Virus record (IMG/VR): IMGVR_UViG_3300045988_053781
Span: 1-37,737 of that record
Source of the DNA: a virus
Direction: 5' to 3' (one strand)
DNA length: 37,737 nt
A program made the translations under genes and the position numbers. Numbering within the stretch: position 1 is the first letter of the stretch; the number at the start of each line of letters is the position of its first letter. The notes below the pieces were generated by a model. It saw nothing but the letters and a program-made list of their open reading frames with translations. It made no database searches and had not been told where the DNA came from. This document shows, in pieces, positions 31,730-37,737 of this stretch.

Positions 31730-32194
31730 ATGGGAAAACGTGGGCGGAAAAGTGCCTATGAAACTACGATAAAACCCCGATTTTCCGACATTTCTGAATG
31801 GTTAAAGAGTGGAGCAACAGAAAAGCAGATTGCTCATAATTTGGGCGTTTCATACTCTACTTTTAACAAATATAAAGCGGAAAAAAAGGAATTCGCGGAG
31901 TTTTTAAAAAATGGTCGGGAAACGCTGGTGTTGCAGCTACGAGGTGCACTTGTGAAAAAGGCACTGGGATTTGAATACGTAGAAAAAAAGCATTATCGAA
32001 AAGTAGATGAAAACGGAAAAGTCTGCGAGTACACGGAAGAAGCCACGAAGCAATCCGTTCCAGATGTAGCTGCGTTGAATCTCTGCTTGAAAAACTACGA
32101 TTCTGAAAACTGGGCGAACGATCCGCAGATGCTGAGGATTAAAGAAAAAGAACTGGCACTGCGGAAAGAAATTGCCGAAAAAGATAACTGGTAA
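31730..32194 (+). CDS. HTH DNA-binding protein resembling small-terminase N-termini
   Basis: 154 aa. MGKRGRKSAYE...GATEKQIAHNLGVSYSTFNKYKAE. A separate P27-type terS lies at 33654, so the role of this gene is unclear. Confidence 0.45.
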   Translation: MGKRGRKSAYETTIKPRFSDISEWLKSGATEKQIAHNLGVSYSTFNKYKAEKKEFAEFLKNGRETLVLQLRGALVKKALGFEYVEKKHYRKVDENGKVCEYTEEATKQSVPDVAALNLCLKNYDSENWANDPQMLRIKEKELALRKEIAEKDNW

Positions 32195-32208
32195 AGAGGT
32201 GTGAGAAA

Positions 32209-32826
32209 ATGGCGTTATTTGGAGTAAAAGGAAACAAATGTTTTGAGGACATTTCAGGTCTTAATGATTTGAAAAAGCAAGTTGCGGATCTTTCGGAGCG
32301 TGTTTCGAAGCTGGAAAACACGATTCCGATTGAAAACGGCTATCTCAACGATGATGGGACAGTTGCATGGAAGCTTTACAAAAGCGGCAATCTGGAAATC
32401 ACCGGAACAGGAAACACAAAGTCATATGACAACAAAACCAGCTTTTCCCCGCTGTATAATCTGAAAAATGTGAATGATGTCAGTGTTGCATCTGGGGTTA
32501 TCCTTGTGAATTCTGGGGCTGTAGCTTTTGCAAACTCGGAGCCGATAACACTCGATGTGGATTGTAAGACGATTGCCGGTGAAGCGTTCAAGGGTGATTA
32601 TGCAACGTCAATCCAGATCGGAAAGAATGTCACCATGATTGGAACAAATGCCTTCTATGGTACCGGTTCAAAGTATCATGTTGGCATCACACAAAATGCA
32701 CCAATTCTGTACTATGCCGGTACAAAAGCAGAATGGGCGAAAATCACACTGTCTGAGGGCTGGGCGGCTGGAACGTATTTTGACGGAAACCACGTTGTCT
32801 GCACAGACGGCACGGTTGCTATATGA
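32209..32826 (+). CDS. Protein with an N-terminal coiled coil and a BspA-type leucine-rich-repeat-like domain
   Basis: 205 aa. IAGEAFKGDYATSIQIGKNVTMIGTNAFYGTGS...YYAGTKAEWAKI resembles LRR_5 / cell-surface repeat proteins. Confidence 0.4.
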   Translation: MALFGVKGNKCFEDISGLNDLKKQVADLSERVSKLENTIPIENGYLNDDGTVAWKLYKSGNLEITGTGNTKSYDNKTSFSPLYNLKNVNDVSVASGVILVNSGAVAFANSEPITLDVDCKTIAGEAFKGDYATSIQIGKNVTMIGTNAFYGTGSKYHVGITQNAPILYYAGTKAEWAKITLSEGWAAGTYFDGNHVVCTDGTVAI

Positions 32827-33518
32827 TAAGCAAACTACAGGCGTTTTATAAATCCCGACGGTGGGAAGAATTTGTAAAGCGTTTACGGCTAGAGCGTAGC
32901 ACGGCAGACGGTTTGCTTTTATGTGAACACTGCGGAAAGCCGATATTCAAAGCCTACGACTGTATCGCACACCATGCGCAGGAGTTGACACCGGAAAACG
33001 TGGACGATGTGCAGATAAGCTTGAACCCTGACAACGTGATCCTTGTGCATTTCAAATGTCACAATGAGATACATCAGCGGTTCGGCTATCAGCGGCGTTT
33101 GATGCAGAGCGTGTATATCGTGTATGGTTCACCGTGTGCCGGTAAGACCACATGGGTGGATAGTGTGGCAGAAAGCAGTGACATAGTGCTTGATGTAGAT
33201 CGGCTATGGAATGCGATTCGTGCCGGCAGATGTGGGAACTATGATAAGCCGGCAGAGATAAAAACTAACGTGTTCGGCTTACGGGATACGCTGCTAGACA
33301 TGATTCGTGTGCGTCGTGGCAAGTGGCAGAACGCTTATATTATAGGCGGGTATCCGTTGCAAGGTGAACGTGAACGACTGGCGGACACGATGAACGCGAA
33401 TAAAATTATTTTCATCGATACCCCGAAAGACGTTTGCTTGAAACGTGCGAAGCTGCGTGATATAGACTATTCGCCGTTTATCGAAGAATGGTTTTCGCGA
33501 TATACCCCCCACTCATGA
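32823..33518 (+). CDS. HNH endonuclease fused to a P-loop NTPase/kinase-like domain
   Basis: The HNH core is CEHCGKPI...HH...NVILVHFKCHNEIH. A Walker A (VYGSPCAGKTTWV) and a Walker-B-like IIFIDTP follow. It lies upstream of the P27-type terS, as in HNH-dependent cos packaging systems. Confidence 0.7.
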   Translation: MISKLQAFYKSRRWEEFVKRLRLERSTADGLLLCEHCGKPIFKAYDCIAHHAQELTPENVDDVQISLNPDNVILVHFKCHNEIHQRFGYQRRLMQSVYIVYGSPCAGKTTWVDSVAESSDIVLDVDRLWNAIRAGRCGNYDKPAEIKTNVFGLRDTLLDMIRVRRGKWQNAYIIGGYPLQGERERLADTMNANKIIFIDTPKDVCLKRAKLRDIDYSPFIEEWFSRYTPHS

Positions 33519-33645
33519 CGAAAATATTTTCGGCTGGGGATTGCAGAGGGGTACCTAATTTTCACAGACTGCGAATTTTTGAGATTTTCCGAAAAGTTTT
33601 ATCAGGATTTTTCAAAGGTCTTTTAGATTTTGAAAAGTTGTGAGG
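33519..33645 (+). promoter_or_regulatory. Putative cos / terminase-recognition region
   Basis: A 14-bp palindrome CGAAAATATTTTCG (33519-33532) and a G-rich patch. Three AGATTTT-n-GAAAAG-like repeats lie at about 33582, 33604 and 33625, with a period of about 21-22 bp. Location is between the HNH gene and terS. Confidence 0.3.
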
Positions 33646-33653
33646 TGTTGCAA

Positions 33654-33974
33654 ATGGACAGAAAAGAAAAGTTGGAGAAACTCTGTGATGAACTAGACGA
33701 CGGAGCCAAAACAGCAACGTCACAACTGGTTGATGAAATTGTATTTCTGGAATCCAGATTGACGGAATTGAAGAAGTACCCGTTTATCGCAGTGAATCCA
33801 AAGAATCCAGTGCAGCAGCGAACAACTCACGCCGCAAAACAGTACAAGGAACTATTGCAGCAATATAACAATTGCATCAAGATCATGCTGGGAGTTTTGG
33901 GAAAGATTGAAACCGCAGAGGTTTCCCCTCTCCGACAGTACTTGAACCAGCTAAGAGGAAATGCAGAAGCATGA
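33654..33974 (+). CDS. terS: Terminase small subunit, P27 family
   Basis: 106 aa from the ATG at 33654 (RBS GAGGTG). It is a coiled-coil protein (LVDEIVFLESRLTELKK...AAKQYKELLQQYNNCIKIM) directly before terL, with an ATGA overlap. Confidence 0.65.
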   Translation: MDRKEKLEKLCDELDDGAKTATSQLVDEIVFLESRLTELKKYPFIAVNPKNPVQQRTTHAAKQYKELLQQYNNCIKIMLGVLGKIETAEVSPLRQYLNQLRGNAEA

Positions 33975-35659
33975 GTACATGGCTATTGCAATACCGTGAA
34001 GCGATTCGCAGCGGTGAAATTATCGCCGGAATCGAGTTAGTCACGGAACTGGATAATCTGATTGCTGACATGGACGATCCACGATACATTTACGACACCA
34101 GCGACGCGGAACTTCGAATTGACTTCATGGAACACTGCATCAGGCTCACGAAATCCCCGTTTTACGGGAAACCCATGAAATTGATGTTGTGGCAAAAAGC
34201 ATTCATTGAAGTGGTCTACAGTTTCAAACTTGCCGATAGAACATACATAAACGCTTACGGTCAAGAAAAACACGTTGACCGATTCCAAAAAATTGTGCTC
34301 CTGATTGGCAGAAAGAATGCGAAAAGTGAAACGTGCTCCGGCTTGGAATTGACTGAAAGCATCGTTGGAAACGAAGGTGCAGATCTGGTGTGCTCCAGTA
34401 ATGACGATGTACAAGCTTCGATTTTGTATGATGCGATTGACACGATGCGTTTAATGATCGATCCACAGCAAGAGGATACGCGAAAGAATCAGCGGTTTAT
34501 CAAAATTCTGGCGACGAACTCAAAGATTTTCAAGTTGTCTGACCGCACCCGAAACAAGGAGGGGCGGAACATTGATTTTGCTGTAATTGACGAAGTGCAC
34601 GAAATGAAAGACAACGTAATTTTGAAATCAATCGAACAGTCCCAAAGTTTGAAAGATAATCCGAAACTGATCATCATTACAACGGAGGGATTTGTAAACG
34701 ACGGAGCACTTGATGAAATCTTGCGGGACTGCCGGCGAATTATCAACGGTGAAGATGATGGAGTGGCGGCAGAAAAAACGCTACCTTGGTTATACACACA
34801 AGATAGTGAACAGGAAATTTGGTCTGACGAAAAAACATGGCAGAAAAGCAATCCGTCACTTGGAATCATTAAGAAATGGGATTATCTGCGAACCCAGATT
34901 GACCTTGGACGGAAAAATAAAAGCGATCGAATGTTCGTGCTTTCGAAAGATTTCAATTTCAAGCAAAATAACGCTCGTGCATGGCTCAACGTCGAGGATT
35001 ACAAATATTCCGCCGTTTATGATCTGGAAGATTTCCGAAAATCTCTATGCTTGGGTGCCGTCGATCTCTCTGAAACCACAGACATGACCAGTGCAAAAGT
35101 GCTGCTGATGCGGAAAGACGATAAAACGAAATACATATACAGCCACTATTGGATCCCAGAAAGTAAACTGGAAAATTCAGATGATAAAGAAGCCGGAGCA
35201 AAATATAAAGAATGGGCGAAACAGGGGCTTTTGACCATTTGCGACGGAAACGACATCGATTTGACGCAAGTCGCAGACTGGTTTTTTACCTTGTATAAAG
35301 ACTATGGGCTGCGGCTCTATAAATGTGGTTACGACGTGAAATTTTCCAAAGAGTTTCTAAAGCGTATGGACGAATACGGTTTTGACACCGAAATAGTGAT
35401 TCAGAACAAGGCAACGCTGTCCAACGCAATGAAACTATGTGAAGCGGATTTGATAGCACGGCTGGTGAACTACAACGAAAATGAAATTGACGCGTGGTGT
35501 CTGGGAAATGCTGCAATGGAAATGGATAATCTGGGAAATGTACAGGCGGTGAAAATTGCCGGTCAGCCGTCAAAACGAATCGACGGTGCCGTTACTCTGA
35601 TTATCGCTTACGAGATGTACAGAAGATACAGAAGCGAATTCACAAAAGCGTTGAAATGA
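33971..35659 (+). CDS. terL: Terminase large subunit
   Basis: 562 aa. Walker A-like LIGRKNAKSE and Walker B AVIDEVHE, with a C-terminal nuclease half. Position is canonical. Confidence 0.9.
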   Translation: MSTWLLQYREAIRSGEIIAGIELVTELDNLIADMDDPRYIYDTSDAELRIDFMEHCIRLTKSPFYGKPMKLMLWQKAFIEVVYSFKLADRTYINAYGQEKHVDRFQKIVLLIGRKNAKSETCSGLELTESIVGNEGADLVCSSNDDVQASILYDAIDTMRLMIDPQQEDTRKNQRFIKILATNSKIFKLSDRTRNKEGRNIDFAVIDEVHEMKDNVILKSIEQSQSLKDNPKLIIITTEGFVNDGALDEILRDCRRIINGEDDGVAAEKTLPWLYTQDSEQEIWSDEKTWQKSNPSLGIIKKWDYLRTQIDLGRKNKSDRMFVLSKDFNFKQNNARAWLNVEDYKYSAVYDLEDFRKSLCLGAVDLSETTDMTSAKVLLMRKDDKTKYIYSHYWIPESKLENSDDKEAGAKYKEWAKQGLLTICDGNDIDLTQVADWFFTLYKDYGLRLYKCGYDVKFSKEFLKRMDEYGFDTEIVIQNKATLSNAMKLCEADLIARLVNYNENEIDAWCLGNAAMEMDNLGNVQAVKIAGQPSKRIDGAVTLIIAYEMYRRYRSEFTKALK

Positions 35660-35669
35660 GGTGGTAACA

Positions 35670-36896
35670 ATGGGTTTATTTGATTATTTACGGCAGCGAA
35701 TTGACGAAAAGAAACAAAAAATGCAGTTTGCTCGAATGATGAACGGGCAAACACCGATATTTTCCCAGTTTGGAAATAATATCTATGCTTCGGACGTTGT
35801 TCAGCAGGCGGTTTCTTGCATCGTTCAGGAAATTTCAAAACTGAATCCAACACATGTGAAACTGATTGACGGTGTGGACAGTATCCCACAAGACAGCGAC
35901 ATTCAGAACGTTTTGGACGCTCCGAATGAAGTCATGTCAACTTCGGACATGCTGGAAAAAATCACGTGGAACTTGTTCTTGAACTATAATAGTTTCATTT
36001 TGCCGACGTGGAACGGCGGACGCTTAACCGGCTTGTACCCTTTGCAGCCGGCGAACGTGGATTTCTTCGAAGATCCTTCCGGAAAGCTGCTTGTGAAATT
36101 TCATTTCAATAACGGTTATGATTCGGGTATGATTAAATATTCTGATGTTATCCACATTCGCAAAAACTTTTCCGTCAATGACTACATGGGCGGCAATTCA
36201 CAAGGGCAGCCGGACAACGGAGCACTTTTAAAAACGCTGGAACTGAATGACGTTTTACTACAAGGCGTTGGTAAAGCACTAAAAAGTAGTTTTGCGGTGA
36301 ATGGTATCGTCAAGTATAACACACTAGTTGACGACGGCGAAACAGAAGCAGCACTGCGAACGCTCGAAGCGAAATTGAAAAATTCTGAAAATGGTTTTCT
36401 CCCGCTGGATCTGAAAACGGAGTTTATCCCTTTCCAAAAACAGATTGAAATGGTGGACGCTGACACGCTGAAATTTATAGATGAAAAAATTCTCCGTCAA
36501 TTCGGCGTTCCGCTGTGCATTCTCACCGGCGATTATACAAAAGAACAGTATGAAGCATTTTACCAGAAAACGCTTGAACCAATCATAATCAAGTTGGGGC
36601 AGTGCTTCACAAAGGGCATTTTTTCCACGCGTGCAAATTTGGGCTACGGAAACAAGATTGTCTTTTACGAAAAAGAACTGATCTTTATGACCATGACGCA
36701 GAAGCTTGAATTGGCTCGTATCTTGGGCGATCGTGGAGCAATCTACGAAAATGAAATCCGCGTTATGTTTGGATTGCAGCCGCTGCCGGAACTGAACGGA
36801 AAGCGAAAGCAATCTCTGAACTACGTCGATGTGGAAATTGCAAATGACTACCAACTTGGAAGCAATTCGGGAGGTGCTGACAATGCAGAAAGCTAA
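35670..36896 (+). CDS. Portal protein (HK97 family)
   Basis: About 408 aa from the ATG at 35670 (RBS GAGGTGG). It lies between terL and the prohead protease. Confidence 0.85.
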   Translation: MGLFDYLRQRIDEKKQKMQFARMMNGQTPIFSQFGNNIYASDVVQQAVSCIVQEISKLNPTHVKLIDGVDSIPQDSDIQNVLDAPNEVMSTSDMLEKITWNLFLNYNSFILPTWNGGRLTGLYPLQPANVDFFEDPSGKLLVKFHFNNGYDSGMIKYSDVIHIRKNFSVNDYMGGNSQGQPDNGALLKTLELNDVLLQGVGKALKSSFAVNGIVKYNTLVDDGETEAALRTLEAKLKNSENGFLPLDLKTEFIPFQKQIEMVDADTLKFIDEKILRQFGVPLCILTGDYTKEQYEAFYQKTLEPIIIKLGQCFTKGIFSTRANLGYGNKIVFYEKELIFMTMTQKLELARILGDRGAIYENEIRVMFGLQPLPELNGKRKQSLNYVDVEIANDYQLGSNSGGADNAES

Positions 36897-37527
36897 AGAA
36901 ATGCTCCGAAGAAATTACGCGTTTGAAGTTCGTGCAGAACAGGACGACAAACACGGGGCAATCATCACAGGAACCCCGATCGTGTATGAATCCAAAACAG
37001 ATCTCTTTGATTTTTTTGAAATCATTGATCGGGGTGCACTGGACAAAGCGGATCTTACGGACGTTCGATTTTTGGTCAACCACGACACAAGCAAAATTCC
37101 GCTGGCACGTAGTCGGCGAAATAATGAGAATTCCACGATGCAGCTTAGCTTGGACAAAGACGGCATGAAAATTCGTGTCGATCTGGATATTGAAAACAAT
37201 GCCGAAGCAAAAGCATTGTATTCTGCCGTTCAGAGGGGCGATATTACAGGCATGTCCTTCATGTTTGCGATTCGTGAGGATTCTTGGGAGGATCTGGACA
37301 CAGACAAGCCAACCCGACACATTCGGGCAATTGACACAGTTGTTGAAGTTTCTGCGGTGACTTTTCCAGCATACGAAGAAACTGACATACAAGCACGCAA
37401 TAAAAAGGCATTGGAGAATGCCCGTCAAACGCTGGACAGTGTAAGACAGAAGCGTGGAAAATCGGTGAATACCGATCAAATCGAACTGGAAAAAGAAAAA
37501 ATCAAAATTTTGTTTGGAGGTATGTAA
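36883..37527 (+). CDS. Prohead maturation protease (HK97 family, S78/U35-like)
   Basis: ATG at 36883 after RBS GGGAGGTG. FEVRAEQDDKHGAIITGTPIVYESKTDL...DRGALDKA...DVRFLVNHDTSKIPLARS is typical of the family. Confidence 0.85.
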   Translation: MQKAKEMLRRNYAFEVRAEQDDKHGAIITGTPIVYESKTDLFDFFEIIDRGALDKADLTDVRFLVNHDTSKIPLARSRRNNENSTMQLSLDKDGMKIRVDLDIENNAEAKALYSAVQRGDITGMSFMFAIREDSWEDLDTDKPTRHIRAIDTVVEVSAVTFPAYEETDIQARNKKALENARQTLDSVRQKRGKSVNTDQIELEKEKIKILFGGM

Positions 37528-37530
37528 ACT

Positions 37531-37737
37531 ATGAAAAAGTATTTTGAAAATCTGATCCGTGCAAAGGAACAGCAGGCACAGGAAATTCGTGACAAGGTGA
37601 AGAAGTCCGAAGATGTGAACGAAGTTCGGTCACTGGGTGAAACTCTGGAAAAGGTTTTGCAGGAACTGAACGACGCAAAGGAACAGCTGGCAAAGCTGGA
37701 AGATGATAATTCCGACGCAAAGGACGACGACGCAAAG
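37531..37737 (+). CDS. Major capsid protein, 5' part (coiled-coil N-terminal delta/scaffold-like region), continuing at nt 26 after the 25-nt overlap is removed
   Basis: ATG at 37531 after RBS GGAGG. There are 69 codons with no stop before the window end. The last 8 codons (DAKDDDAK) are the same nucleotides as window positions 2-25. Confidence 0.8.
   Translation, partial: MKKYFENLIRAKEQQAQEIRDKVKKSEDVNEVRSLGETLEKVLQELNDAKEQLAKLEDDNSDAKDDDAK

Noticed and set aside
31730-32194. Calling this HTH protein the small terminase subunit.
   Set aside because: A better candidate lies immediately upstream of terL with translational coupling: a P27-type protein preceded by the HNH gene. The 31730 product is kept only as a small-terminase-like DNA-binding protein.

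Overview
The window appears to be a complete, circularly closed genome (about 37.7 kb) of a temperate siphovirus-like phage or excised prophage. The first 25 nt are identical to the last 25 nt, and the major capsid gene runs across that junction. GGAGG-type ribosome-binding sites (RBS), consensus TTGACA-17-TATAAT promoters, a GH25/CW_7 endolysin, an ImmR/ImmA switch and a large serine recombinase all point to a Gram-positive (Bacillota-like) host.

Gene order on the + strand:
- Early genes run from about 17.2 kb. They include small unknown ORFs, a SNF2 helicase, a VRR-NUC nuclease, Gp157, an AAA_24 ATPase, DUF669, a family-B DNA polymerase, an XRE regulator, a decayed C5-methyltransferase-like gene, MazG-like, ThyX-like and MazF-like genes, and a P4/D5-type primase-helicase.
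- A late regulator and terminator follow, then holin and endolysin, an HTH protein, a leucine-rich-repeat (LRR) protein, and an HNH endonuclease.
- The packaging and head genes come next: terS (P27 type), terL, portal, prohead protease and capsid.
- The tail module follows: connector and adaptor genes, major tail protein, the G/GT chaperone pair with a clean -1 frameshift site, tape measure, Dit, a Tal-like protein and two fibre proteins.

Gene order on the - strand: three small cargo genes (12.27-13.56 kb), the serine integrase, and immA and immR.

Features worth a second look:
- The reverse-strand cargo trio, with each gene behind an almost identical consensus promoter. Two of these promoters have a TGCACAAA-N14-TTTGTGCA palindrome upstream.
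- A 270-bp array of GGTTCAAG octamers around a 90-bp AT-rich core, between immA and int.
- A nucleotide-metabolism cluster containing a ThyX-like protein that lacks the ThyX signature, and a solitary MazF-family toxin.
- Two frame-disrupted genes: the SNF2 helicase N-terminus and a C5-methyltransferase-like/DUF3310 fusion.
- An RBS-sequestering hairpin in front of immA.

All family assignments come from motif recognition by eye. No database search was run.
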